This document shows positions 29,291-38,779 of a DNA stretch of 64,000 nucleotides, piece after piece. The stretch is from a virus (lineage: Duplodnaviria; Heunggongvirae; Uroviricota; Caudoviricetes). Below the pieces are notes generated by a model. The model was not told the origin of the DNA, searched no databases, and saw only the letters and a list, made by a program, of their open reading frames with translations. A program made the translations under genes and the position numbers. Each line of letters begins with the position of its first letter. Positions within the stretch are counted from its first letter, which is position 1. The stretch lies in IMG/VR virus record IMGVR_UViG_3300042401_001499; one strand, 5' to 3'.

Positions 29291-31000
29291 ATGGGAGTAG
29301 ATTACAGTGCCTGGAAACCAGGCGTAGATTATCCGGAATGGATGAATGAAGTATCTTTGGCAACAATTTCAAACGGATATTTACTTCCGGATGAAAATCC
29401 AAAGAAGGCTTATAGAAGAGTTGCTGATGCAGTAGCTAAAAGATTAGATCGTCCTGATCTAGCAAACAAGTTTTTTAAATACATGTGGAAGGGTTGGCTA
29501 AACCTAGCTTCACCTGTACTCTCAAACACTGGAACTGACAAAGGACTTCCAATCTCATGTTTCGGTATAGATACTCCTGATTCAATCAGAGGTATTGGAT
29601 TAACCAATGCAGAACTGATGAGACTTACCTCTTTAGGAGGAGGAGTAGGAATTGGACTAGGAAGAGTTAGAGGAAGAGGAAAAAAGATTGCCAATGGCGA
29701 TACAGGTAACTCAGAAGGAATTATACCTTGGGCTAAGATCTATGATTCAACTATCATTGCTACAAATCAAGGATCAGTTCGTAGAGGAGCAGCTTCTGTA
29801 AATCTAGACATCAATCATATTGATATAAAAGAGTTCTTACGTATTAGAAGACCACAAGGAGATCCAAACCGTCAGTGTTTAAATTTACACCAATGTGTTT
29901 CTATCGATGATAAGTTCATGAAGAGATTAGAGCATAGAGATCCTGAAGCAATGGAACTATGGGTTGAGATTCTTAAATCAAGAGTTGAGACAGGAGAGCC
30001 TTACATTATGTTTAAGGATAATGTTAATAACGCTAATCCACCTGCATACGTTAAAAATAACTTAGATGTTACAATGACTAACATATGTTCGGAGATTGCT
30101 TTACATACTGACGAAGAGCATTCATTTGTATGTTGTTTATCTTCTTTAAATATTACAAAATACGAAGAGTGGAAAGATACTGATTTAGTTGAAACGGCAA
30201 TTTATTTCTTAGATGGAGTATTAGAAGAGTTCTTAGTTAAGACAAATGGTAAAGATTCTTTAATTAGAGCACACCGTTCTGCTAAGAAAGGAAGAGCATT
30301 AGGATTAGGAGTTTTAGGATGGCATTCATTCTTACAATCAAAAGGATTACCTTTTAATTCAATCGCATCTACTTCTTGGACAAATAGAATATTTGCACAG
30401 ATTAAAACACAAGCAGAAGCAGCTTCTAGAAAATTAGCTGAAGAGTATGGTGAACCAATCTGGTGTAAAGGAACAGGAATGAGAAATACGCATTTAATTG
30501 CTATTGCTCCAACAGTTTCTAATTCAACAATCTCAGGAGGAGTATCAGCAGGTATTGAACCAATTCCAGCAAACGTTTATACTTTCAATTCATCTAAAGG
30601 AACTTTCATTAGAAAGAATCCAGTATTAGAAAAATACTTAGAAGACAAAGGACACAATACAGAAGAGGTATGGCAGCAAATTTTAAAGGATAGAGGATCA
30701 ATTGCAAATCTACCTGAAGACATTATGCCGTTTGATGATAAAGAAGTATTCTTAACATTTGCAGAAATAAACCAATTGGCTTTAGTAGAACAAGCTTCGG
30801 TAAGACAGAAGTATGTTGACCAGGCTCAATCACTAAACTTAGCATTCGATCCGGGAGATAGTCCTAAATTTATAAACCTTGTTCACCAGACAGCTTGGAA
30901 ACTTGGATTAAAAACGTTATATTATTTAAGAACCGATTCTGTCATAAATGGGGATATCGGGAGTAGAACTTCTGAAGACTGTTTAAGCTGTGATGGATAA
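29291..31000 (+). CDS. nrdA: Class I ribonucleotide reductase alpha subunit (no ATP cone)
   Basis: LASPVL; ISCF; GGGVG; TNICSEI; VCCLSS; AIAPTVSNS; DQAQSLN; KTLYY; C-terminal CLSCDG. Confidence 0.95.
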   Translation: MGVDYSAWKPGVDYPEWMNEVSLATISNGYLLPDENPKKAYRRVADAVAKRLDRPDLANKFFKYMWKGWLNLASPVLSNTGTDKGLPISCFGIDTPDSIRGIGLTNAELMRLTSLGGGVGIGLGRVRGRGKKIANGDTGNSEGIIPWAKIYDSTIIATNQGSVRRGAASVNLDINHIDIKEFLRIRRPQGDPNRQCLNLHQCVSIDDKFMKRLEHRDPEAMELWVEILKSRVETGEPYIMFKDNVNNANPPAYVKNNLDVTMTNICSEIALHTDEEHSFVCCLSSLNITKYEEWKDTDLVETAIYFLDGVLEEFLVKTNGKDSLIRAHRSAKKGRALGLGVLGWHSFLQSKGLPFNSIASTSWTNRIFAQIKTQAEAASRKLAEEYGEPIWCKGTGMRNTHLIAIAPTVSNSTISGGVSAGIEPIPANVYTFNSSKGTFIRKNPVLEKYLEDKGHNTEEVWQQILKDRGSIANLPEDIMPFDDKEVFLTFAEINQLALVEQASVRQKYVDQAQSLNLAFDPGDSPKFINLVHQTAWKLGLKTLYYLRTDSVINGDIGSRTSEDCLSCDG

Positions 31001-31011
31001 AAAATAAAAAT

Positions 31012-31461
31012 ATGGTATACTTTATAGTAGTAGTACTTCTAGTAATTGGAGCACTAGTTTATATTACAAACATAGCAAAAGCTGAAGTAAAAAGATTAGA
31101 ACAGGTTATAGTTGAAAAAGAACTAGAACTGGTTGAAGAGATTAAGAAAGCAAGGAAAGATTCAACATTTAGATCCTCAGCAGTTAACTGGGGTAAGACA
31201 ATTGAACACTTTGTTCCTTTCATGACTAAGTTTCCAGTACCACCTGAAGATGTAGTCTTTTTAGGAATGCCAATTGATTATGTAGGATTTACTAATACAG
31301 ATAGCAAAACTAAATGTGAGGTACATTTCATTGAAGTAAAATCAGGAAATGCATTCTTAATGGGTAAGCAGAAAAACATTAAGCAAGCAATTCTAGACGG
31401 AAGAGTTCACTGGCATGAAATTGCAGTAGACGGTAACAGAGCAGAGATCACAGAAGAATAG
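31012..31461 (+). CDS. Holliday-junction-resolvase-like PD-(D/E)xK nuclease with N-terminal hydrophobic helix
   Basis: FLGMPIDYVGF...FIEVKSG; GKTIEHFVPF. Confidence 0.8.
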   Translation: MVYFIVVVLLVIGALVYITNIAKAEVKRLEQVIVEKELELVEEIKKARKDSTFRSSAVNWGKTIEHFVPFMTKFPVPPEDVVFLGMPIDYVGFTNTDSKTKCEVHFIEVKSGNAFLMGKQKNIKQAILDGRVHWHEIAVDGNRAEITEE

Positions 31462-31474
31462 CTATTTATATGAA

Positions 31475-32473
31475 ATGAATATACTAGCCAAAATAGTAAA
31501 ATTGTTATACCCTCTACTAATACTAGGGGGTATTTTATCTACACAGAGTCAAACCTTTACGCACTCAGGATATATCTATGGTTCAAATGCAGTAGGCATA
31601 TCTGGTATACCAGTTTACCTGTATAAAAGAACAACACCAACATTAACAGGATTTACATCTCAGAATAACTACAACGGTCATTCCTACTATAGGTCAACAG
31701 GTTCTATGACCTGGACTGCTGCAAGACAGGCTTGTTTAAATATGGGAGGACATTTAGTAACTGTAACAACAGCAGCTGAAAATACTTTTATATTTAACCT
31801 ATGGCCTAATGGATGGATTGGATTAACAGATGAAGCAGTAGAAGGGCAATGGAGATGGGTAACTGGGGAAACCTTTTCTTGGGCTAATTGGAATGGAGGT
31901 GAACCTAATAATTCCAATAATGAAGACTATATACAATTTGTAGGAGGAGGGAAGTGGAATGATTTACCAAATACATCACTTCCTTATGTATTGGAATTTG
32001 AGTATATAGTAGACTATACACCTTGGACTTTATTAACAACTTCAACAACAGATGCTTCGGGTAGATATTCTTTCTCTACATCAACAAACCCCTCAATAGA
32101 ATACTACATTACTTTTACTCCACCCTCCTTACCATCTTTAATTAACCTAGATGCTCAAACCTCTAATACCTTAGTAACAAATCCTCTTCTAATGAGAAGT
32201 AAAGATTTCTATAGATTTGATGTTAATAGTGATGGAAAAGTAACCATATCAGACACCTACTTAATATATGCTAAAAAGAATGGATTATTTACATCATTCC
32301 CTGCCTCACCGCCGGATAGTAGAATATTCACCACAACACAATGGAGTACATTTAGTAACAGTACAGTAAATCAAAAGATAGCATATCCTGGAGTACAGTC
32401 TATAACAATCAATACACCAACCTCAGGAGGAGCATCTTCATTCTATATTACAAGAGTGGGGTACACTAACTAA
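31475..32473 (+). CDS. Secreted C-type lectin domain protein with dockerin-like EF-hand
   Basis: Signal peptide ending near SQ; TWTAARQAC..GGHLV; WIGLTD; GEPNN (EPN); WND; DVNSDGKVTISD. Confidence 0.85.
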   Translation: MNILAKIVKLLYPLLILGGILSTQSQTFTHSGYIYGSNAVGISGIPVYLYKRTTPTLTGFTSQNNYNGHSYYRSTGSMTWTAARQACLNMGGHLVTVTTAAENTFIFNLWPNGWIGLTDEAVEGQWRWVTGETFSWANWNGGEPNNSNNEDYIQFVGGGKWNDLPNTSLPYVLEFEYIVDYTPWTLLTTSTTDASGRYSFSTSTNPSIEYYITFTPPSLPSLINLDAQTSNTLVTNPLLMRSKDFYRFDVNSDGKVTISDTYLIYAKKNGLFTSFPASPPDSRIFTTTQWSTFSNSTVNQKIAYPGVQSITINTPTSGGASSFYITRVGYTN

Positions 32474-32549
32474 AAACTTACAATATTTATTATAGACAAA
32501 GTGCAAGAGCACCAGGTTTTATTAAAAAAAATAACTTAAAAAAAAAGAA

Positions 32550-33641
32550 ATGAAGAAATTACTTTTAATGTTAAGTTTAGTTTTAGTAACACTTACTGGG
32601 TATTCACAAACTATTGCACCAGATGCTACTAAACCTTACTTAATTTTTGATCAAGCCTACAACCTACAACCAGTTGGGGCAGCAACACCAACATCTGTTG
32701 CAATCTACTACGATAATGCAGGATCTACTGCCATTAAAGCAGTACAGTTTAGATTATGGTACGACAAGACCGTATTTGATTCACCTACCGTAACTTACGT
32801 AGGATCAGAAATAAACAACTATTTCCAAACTCTAGTAAACACAACAGAAGGTAGCGTAACAGTTACATGGGTTTATACAGGAGCAAATGCTTCATTCGAC
32901 TTAACTGATGGGCAAATGTTTAATGTAGCTCTTCCTTTTAAAGCATCTTACACAAATGGTGCAGTAGCATCAATGGCTTTTACAGGAGCAACAGCTTATC
33001 CATCTTATGGAACTTTAGCCAATGGAACTGATACAGTATTAGGATTACAAAACTATGGTGGAGCATTTACAGAACCAGTATTTAACTATGCAGCTACATT
33101 CCTAAACGACCCAACCAATCCTGCAACAGACGTACCAGTTATCTTACAGAAATCTTCAAACGGAACAGTTTGGACTGATGTAATGACTGTACCAACTCTA
33201 GCAACAGGAGTAGCAGCATTTACAACAAACCTAGATCAGACATACTGGCAAATTAGAGTAAAAGTAGCACCAGGCTTAACAGCACCAGCTGCTTTATCTA
33301 CAGCAGATTCTAATATGATTGCTCAAATGGCTACAGGAATTCAAACACCAACAGGTACTCAATTCTATACAGCTAACCCTAATCAAGCAAACAATATAAC
33401 AATCTCGGATTCATATACAGTATTCTCTAGATTAGCTCAAGGTAATTCAACTTACCCAAACAATCCAGATGTATTATTCTTTACAGAAGCTCAATATACT
33501 TCAATAGCAGCATCTGCTACAAGTTTAGAGGCTACAATCCCAGGTCAAGTAACATTCCTATCAGCTAACATCAATAACACAGTTGCTGCTAATTACTATT
33601 TACTGGTACTAGGAGATGTAAACGGAACAGGACGTAACTAA
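32550..33641 (+). CDS. Secreted cohesin-like + dockerin-like protein
   Basis: Signal peptide GYSQ; IKAVQFRLWYDKTVF cohesin-like strands; ANPNQANNITISDSY and C-terminal LGDVNGTG. Confidence 0.65.
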   Translation: MKKLLLMLSLVLVTLTGYSQTIAPDATKPYLIFDQAYNLQPVGAATPTSVAIYYDNAGSTAIKAVQFRLWYDKTVFDSPTVTYVGSEINNYFQTLVNTTEGSVTVTWVYTGANASFDLTDGQMFNVALPFKASYTNGAVASMAFTGATAYPSYGTLANGTDTVLGLQNYGGAFTEPVFNYAATFLNDPTNPATDVPVILQKSSNGTVWTDVMTVPTLATGVAAFTTNLDQTYWQIRVKVAPGLTAPAALSTADSNMIAQMATGIQTPTGTQFYTANPNQANNITISDSYTVFSRLAQGNSTYPNNPDVLFFTEAQYTSIAASATSLEATIPGQVTFLSANINNTVAANYYLLVLGDVNGTGRN

Positions 33642-33642
33642 T

Positions 33643-34374
33643 ATGATACGTTGGATAGTAATATTATTTATATCCATAAACTCACTCTACTCCCAGGTAC
33701 AATTTCAAGTGCCTGGGATTACTGTGTTACCTACTCAGACTATTGAACTACCTGTAACTGTTTTAACAAATGGAAATACAGTAGGTAGTTTAGAATTTGC
33801 TTTAAACTATGATCAAAGCATACTACAATTCTCAGAGATAGTACTATCGGAACAAGCACAAACCTGGGTATCATATACAATGGATGCAGGTAATGGAAAA
33901 GTAAGATGGGGTGGTTATGATAAATCCCACGGAGGACATTCTATAACTACACCTTCAGAATTATTTATACTTAAGTTTATAGTACTAAATCCAAACTGGA
34001 TTATAACTCCAATCACGGTTGGAAGAAAAACAGCAGGAGATGTACAGGGATGGGATATAGCAGTAACAAATACTAATGGGTATATCAATTATAATAGAAC
34101 TGCAATACCTATCGATGAAACAAAAATAAACGGTATAGTACATCCAAATCCAACAGATGGACTTGTAACAGTAGATTTAATACTACCAACAAGTGATTAC
34201 TATAGAGTATCAGTAGTAAACATGTCAGGTACAGAGTTAAGAAGGAGAGTTGAACATTATATAAAAGGAGCCAATATAACAGAAGAAGATCTTAGTTCTT
34301 ACTCAAGTGGCACCTATTTATTAAATATAACCAGTAAGAACTTTACTAAAACATTTAAAATAATTAAAAAATAA
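33643..34374 (+). CDS. Secreted cohesin-domain protein with T9SS C-terminal sorting domain
   Basis: Signal peptide YSQ; IELPVTV..VGSLEFALNYDQSILQF; CTD VHPNPTDGLVTV...SSGTYLLNI...TKTFKIIKK. Confidence 0.8.
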   Translation: MIRWIVILFISINSLYSQVQFQVPGITVLPTQTIELPVTVLTNGNTVGSLEFALNYDQSILQFSEIVLSEQAQTWVSYTMDAGNGKVRWGGYDKSHGGHSITTPSELFILKFIVLNPNWIITPITVGRKTAGDVQGWDIAVTNTNGYINYNRTAIPIDETKINGIVHPNPTDGLVTVDLILPTSDYYRVSVVNMSGTELRRRVEHYIKGANITEEDLSSYSSGTYLLNITSKNFTKTFKIIKK

Positions 34375-34377
34375 ATC

Positions 34378-34695
34378 ATGTCAGAAGAAACAAACGAAGG
34401 TGGATTATCAGGATTGAAAAAAACAATCTTAGGAACTTTAACAACTATTGTAACAGCAGGAGGAGTTTGGTTAACAACTCATTTATTTGGAGGAGAAGCT
34501 ACAGATAAAGAAGAAGTAAAAACTGAAGTAGCAGCACCAGCAGCTGCAGCACCAGTTATCATCAACTTATCAAACAATAACACCAACCAACAAAAACAAC
34601 AATCAAACAATTCCAATTCAGCTAAAGCAGCACCTGCACCAGTTCAACAAACAACTCCGGTACAAGCAGCACCAGCTCAAAAAGAATCATGGTAA
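34378..34695 (+). CDS. Single-pass membrane protein with Ala/Pro/Gln-rich tail
   Basis: TILGTLTTIVTAGGVWL hydrophobic segment; low-complexity C-terminus. Confidence 0.6.
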   Translation: MSEETNEGGLSGLKKTILGTLTTIVTAGGVWLTTHLFGGEATDKEEVKTEVAAPAAAAPVIINLSNNNTNQQKQQSNNSNSAKAAPAPVQQTTPVQAAPAQKESW

Positions 34696-35402
34696 AAAAA
34701 ATACTATTCATATTATTTCTACTAGCAAGTATAATAGGCTCTGCTCAAAAAGTAGGGTCTGTTAAAACGGAGGTCTACCAAGCTGATTTTGAAAAGAAAC
34801 AGTCATTAGCTGTAGTGTCTGATTATACAGGAGACATAGTGATACCTATTCAGATACTTAAGATTGGTATCAATGAGGAACTATATGAAATATACCCTGA
34901 ACTAAAAGACAAAAGAGTTGGTTTAGGAGTTGCAAATATAGTACTAGAATATTTAGAGTCAACTGATAGATTCAAATTTACAGAAGACAGAGAAGAAATA
35001 AAACAAAAAATGATAGCCCAGCACATAGCTTCTTCTAAGGGTATATCAGAAAATAAAATAGTTGTAAAGGGAAATGTTATACTTGCAAAATATTTTGTTT
35101 ACATAGAAGTATATGATTTCAGTATTGGAGAGGATGAAGAAGTTACAACCTCAGGAGCTGAAATAAGACAAAAAACAATATTAGGGTTACAAATAAGATT
35201 TGTGGATGCACAAACTGGTGAAATTATTACTGGATCAGGATCCGGTGAAGCAGTTACAGTGAAGAAAGCAAGCCTATTAGACGGACTCGATGATATTAAA
35301 TTTAACCAATCCACAATCGGAGTATCTACCAAAAAGTCATTAGAAACTGCCTCTTCAAGAGTAGTATCAAAATTGATTAAAAAGGGGATATTTCCGAACT
35401 AA
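34689..35402 (+). CDS. CsgG/HfaB-like exported protein
   Basis: Signal peptide GSAQ; GLGVANIVLEYLESTDRFKFTEDR; LGLQIRFVDAQTGEIITGSGSGEA is CsgG-fold-like. Confidence 0.7.
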   Translation: MVKKILFILFLLASIIGSAQKVGSVKTEVYQADFEKKQSLAVVSDYTGDIVIPIQILKIGINEELYEIYPELKDKRVGLGVANIVLEYLESTDRFKFTEDREEIKQKMIAQHIASSKGISENKIVVKGNVILAKYFVYIEVYDFSIGEDEEVTTSGAEIRQKTILGLQIRFVDAQTGEIITGSGSGEAVTVKKASLLDGLDDIKFNQSTIGVSTKKSLETASSRVVSKLIKKGIFPN

Positions 35403-36829
35403 TGAAAAAATGGATTTCTTTATTTACTTTATTATTAACTCTGACATCGTTAGCACAGTCAGGGTACAACTACAGTTTTACAGATCCATGTACTCTATCT
35501 GTAAGGAGCGTATTCGTTCCTACTGGTAGCGGAGTAGTAGTTAATTATTTTGACAACTACAGTACATTCTCTTCTACAGACTTCTCATCAGGAGTCTTCG
35601 ATGCTTGGATAGCTCAAGTATCTCAACAAAACTCATCATCACCTTGTCAATCTGTAACAACTACAGTAACAAATAATGTAACATCAGCTGTAGTAGCAAA
35701 TACAGTTGGCATAGTAACAAATGTTGTAGCAATATCATCACTAGCACAATCTATGGCTAGTTTAAGTAGCTCAATAGGAAGCTCAATGTCAGCCACAGCA
35801 GGAGGTATCTCAAACATGGGAACTGGTAATGCAGTGGATAATAACCAAAGCAATTCAAATGGAAAATCAGATAACAAAAGCGGAGGAAGTACTGGAGGTA
35901 CTCAAACAAACAACCAAAATGAAGGAAGCACTACCCCTAGTACAACAACTGGAGGAAATACTAATCCAGCAGGAGGAACAAGTACAGGCCAAGGAGGAAA
36001 CACTCCTAGTACAAATCAACCAACTCAAGGAGGAGAACAAACGTCTCAACCATCTGTAGAAGGAGGCTCTACATCAGGTGCTTCTGGTAGCACTGCTAAC
36101 TCAATTTCTAACTCTATAGATGGAGGAGGAAGCGAAGGTGGAAGCTCATCAGGAAGCGGATCACCAAGCTCTAAAAAACAAGCAGCAGCTAAAACATCTT
36201 CAGGAAGTCTAATTGCTTCAGGAGATATGGTTGCAATATCAAATGCTGATGGAGTAACAGCAAATCAATATAAGATAGTAGCAAGTATTACTCACGCTAA
36301 TACTAGAGGTACAAGAATTAAAGGAGTACTATTCAACTTCACAACAGGAGTTAATAACGTAAATGTAACTTTATACAAATCATATATTAATAAATCAAGA
36401 AGTTTAAATACCATTGTAGCAAATTCAACTATGATGGATTTTGAAAAGAATATCTTCAATACTACAACTGCTTTAGAATCATACAAAGTAAATAAAACCT
36501 TAACAGGAATGTTTGGTTTGAATTTTACAGCAGGTAAAATGGGAGAAAGAGGTTTTTATAATTTATCAGCAGTAGGAGGAGGTCATGTTAGTGTAAAAGT
36601 AACTGAGAGAACTTCAACTAGCTTTTTGGTTTTAGCAATTTATTCACCATTCACTCAATTTTATGATGGGAAATGGTTTGGAGCAGGAATATTATTCGTA
36701 CCATTTAGTTCATGGGATTTTAAAATAACAAAGACGTTCAAATACAATGTAAGTTTGACAGGAGTTTATGAGATGAATCAAAGTTTTCTTAACTATCAAA
36801 TATTAACAGGAGGCAAAATATCATTCTAA
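35402..36829 (+). CDS. Exported protein with Gly/Ser/Thr linker and probable C-terminal outer-membrane beta-barrel
   Basis: Signal peptide SLAQ; ~150-aa G/S/T/N linker; alternating amphipathic strands; ends GGKISF. Confidence 0.6.
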   Translation: MKKWISLFTLLLTLTSLAQSGYNYSFTDPCTLSVRSVFVPTGSGVVVNYFDNYSTFSSTDFSSGVFDAWIAQVSQQNSSSPCQSVTTTVTNNVTSAVVANTVGIVTNVVAISSLAQSMASLSSSIGSSMSATAGGISNMGTGNAVDNNQSNSNGKSDNKSGGSTGGTQTNNQNEGSTTPSTTTGGNTNPAGGTSTGQGGNTPSTNQPTQGGEQTSQPSVEGGSTSGASGSTANSISNSIDGGGSEGGSSSGSGSPSSKKQAAAKTSSGSLIASGDMVAISNADGVTANQYKIVASITHANTRGTRIKGVLFNFTTGVNNVNVTLYKSYINKSRSLNTIVANSTMMDFEKNIFNTTTALESYKVNKTLTGMFGLNFTAGKMGERGFYNLSAVGGGHVSVKVTERTSTSFLVLAIYSPFTQFYDGKWFGAGILFVPFSSWDFKITKTFKYNVSLTGVYEMNQSFLNYQILTGGKISF

Positions 36830-36831
36830 TC

Positions 36832-37284
36832 ATGAAAAAACTACTATTACTACTACCGCTTTTATTCTTATTATCATCAGATACTCCTAAGGAGTGTTAC
36901 AAAGTAACCAAAGTTACAACTCTAGTGGAAGCACCTGAGATGAAAAAAGAAAGAATCTTATTTGGAATTAAACAAATGACTGAAGAAGTATTATCTGAAA
37001 AAGTAGGACTATGTGAAGATGGACTTCCAGTTGAAGTTGAAGTAATGTCTATTGAAGCTCCAACCACATCTACTTCCTTTGGACCATTTGCAAAAGAGAA
37101 AAAAGAAACCATTGTAAAACTTAGAATCATAATTGGAAAGGATGATTACTGGGGACAGGGTAAGGCAAACGTTACAGTTCAGTCTACATTCTTAGACCTA
37201 AATGACGATAATTTACCATTTAGTAAGACTGCATTCTCAGGAGCAGTTAAAAAAGCTTTAGTGGAAGCCGTTGGAGAAATGTAA
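36832..37284 (+). CDS. Exported hypothetical protein
   Basis: MKKLLLLLPLLFLLSS signal peptide; last gene of secreted operon. Confidence 0.6.
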   Translation: MKKLLLLLPLLFLLSSDTPKECYKVTKVTTLVEAPEMKKERILFGIKQMTEEVLSEKVGLCEDGLPVEVEVMSIEAPTTSTSFGPFAKEKKETIVKLRIIIGKDDYWGQGKANVTVQSTFLDLNDDNLPFSKTAFSGAVKKALVEAVGEM

Positions 37285-37301
37285 AAAAGTTCGTATCTTT
37301 A
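37271..37301 (+). promoter_or_regulatory. Host-type (Bacteroidota sigma) promoter; one of 18 copies
   Basis: TTG starts exactly 23 nt before TA of TTCGTATMTT at 3354, 22012, 23861, 37271, 37475, 40106, 41556, 41839, 44762, 46289, 47597, 50063, 50271, 53871, 57774, 58759, 61671, 62666. Confidence 0.85.
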
Positions 37302-37305
37302 CGAT

Positions 37306-37509
37306 ATGAATAAGCACTCTTTCAAATTCAAAAATAAAATTTACGAACTTACAGATCTCTGGGAAGAGACTTGTATAAATGACTCCAAGGACTTTCAAAT
37401 GGAGCAGTTCAACTATTTGCTAAAGATAAAAGACTTTACTACGATGGAAAATAGGGTAAATAATCAAATAATGCTTGGATATTTAAAAGAAAGTTCGTAT
37501 ATTAAATAA
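37306..37509 (+). CDS. Hypothetical protein
   Basis: Intact ORF directly after promoter. Confidence 0.55.
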   Translation: MNKHSFKFKNKIYELTDLWEETCINDSKDFQMEQFNYLLKIKDFTTMENRVNNQIMLGYLKESSYIK

Positions 37510-37527
37510 TAATCAAAAATCAAATTT

Positions 37528-37665
37528 ATGTCAAAGAATTCAGCAAAAAGAATTTATCAGTCGGTAATGGAATGGATCCCAACCTTAAATCGACCAAAAG
37601 AAGTAAAAGAGCAATCAGCAACTAAGTTTTCTAAAGCAGATCACTACAAATCAAAAGGAGCATAA
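37528..37665 (+). CDS. Small hypothetical protein (45 aa, not in ORF track)
   Basis: MSKNSAKRIYQSVMEWIPTL...KSKGA; TTTATG start context, TAATG coupling to thioredoxin. Confidence 0.55.
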   Translation: MSKNSAKRIYQSVMEWIPTLNRPKEVKEQSATKFSKADHYKSKGA

Positions 37666-37931
37666 TGTCTAAGAAAGTTATTAAGTTTTTCGCCGATTGG
37701 TGTGGACCTTGTAAAGTCTATGCACCAACTTTTGAATCAGTAAAGCAAGAACTACAAAGCGATGAAATTGAATTTGTAGAAATCAATGTTGAGAATGATC
37801 CTGATAACTTAGCAGGAGAATACGGAGTAAGAGGAATTCCTCATACAGTAATTCTAGAAGAAGGAGCAGAAACAAGAGCTGCATCAGGAAGACTAGGAGA
37901 GGAAGAGTTAAAAGAATTTATTTTAAACTAA
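37665..37931 (+). CDS. trxA: Thioredoxin
   Basis: FFADWCGPCK; YGVRGIPH. Confidence 0.95.
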   Translation: MSKKVIKFFADWCGPCKVYAPTFESVKQELQSDEIEFVEINVENDPDNLAGEYGVRGIPHTVILEEGAETRAASGRLGEEELKEFILN

Positions 37932-37941
37932 AATTAAGAAA

Positions 37942-38253
37942 ATGTTACGAAATCCAAACACAATACCAGCAGGTGATACAGTTATAGAAGATCCACAAAT
38001 GGAACCTTTCTTTATTACTCATTCCTCATCAGGAGGATATACAGTTTACGAAAGAGTAAATAGAGGGAAAGACGATAAAGCGTACCTACGAACTGTATGT
38101 TATCCATCTACATTTAATCATGCACTTAAAACTGTTTCAAAAGAGTTACTAAACATAAATGGTAATAAACACTTTAGGACAATAAAAGAGTATATTGAAA
38201 CTTGGAACTCTATCGAACAGAGTATGAAGACAATGACTACAATAGACGCATAA
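37942..38253 (+). CDS. Hypothetical protein
   Basis: Intact ORF. Confidence 0.55.
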   Translation: MLRNPNTIPAGDTVIEDPQMEPFFITHSSSGGYTVYERVNRGKDDKAYLRTVCYPSTFNHALKTVSKELLNINGNKHFRTIKEYIETWNSIEQSMKTMTTIDA

Positions 38254-38255
38254 AG

Positions 38256-38399
38256 ATGGGAGAAGTTATAGGACACCTTTGCGGGACTTGTGGAGAAAAT
38301 CATCCAAGTCTATTAACTCTACCTGCACTTTTAGTTGTATTCGGAGGATATTATTCGTATATTAAGTGTAAAATAAAATCATTATGGAAAAAAAATTAG
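38256..38399 (+). CDS. Small membrane protein with CxxC/His motif
   Basis: MGEVIGHLCGTCGENHPSLLTLPALLVVFGGYY. Confidence 0.45.
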   Translation: MGEVIGHLCGTCGENHPSLLTLPALLVVFGGYYSYIKCKIKSLWKKN

Positions 38400-38725
38400 T
38401 ATTACATCAAGTAAAATTCTCACCTAGTTCAATCTTCAGTAAAGAAGATGTATTGAGAATAGTTGACAGTGTCGACGAAAATCCAATCAAAGTTTATAAA
38501 ATAGAAACAGTTATGACAGAAGATCCAGCAGAGAAATTAGTCTCTTTATTTGAATACCTAGGCCGTGCTGCAGGTACTGAATTAGGAAAACAAGTTGCTA
38601 CAGCAGCAACAAGGGCCCATGAAACAATGGACATTAGAATAGTGAATACAAAAACCTACAAAGGAAAGGTAATGCTTTACAGAGAGATATTCCTAGATGA
38701 ATATTTTCAGAAAAAAAGAGCATAA
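38384..38725 (+). CDS. Hypothetical protein
   Basis: Intact ORF. Confidence 0.55.
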   Translation: MEKKLVLHQVKFSPSSIFSKEDVLRIVDSVDENPIKVYKIETVMTEDPAEKLVSLFEYLGRAAGTELGKQVATAATRAHETMDIRIVNTKTYKGKVMLYREIFLDEYFQKKRA

Positions 38726-38779
38726 TAAAAGGGTTTGCCTATACCCTATTAATACCTGGCACAAATTAAATTATAAATT

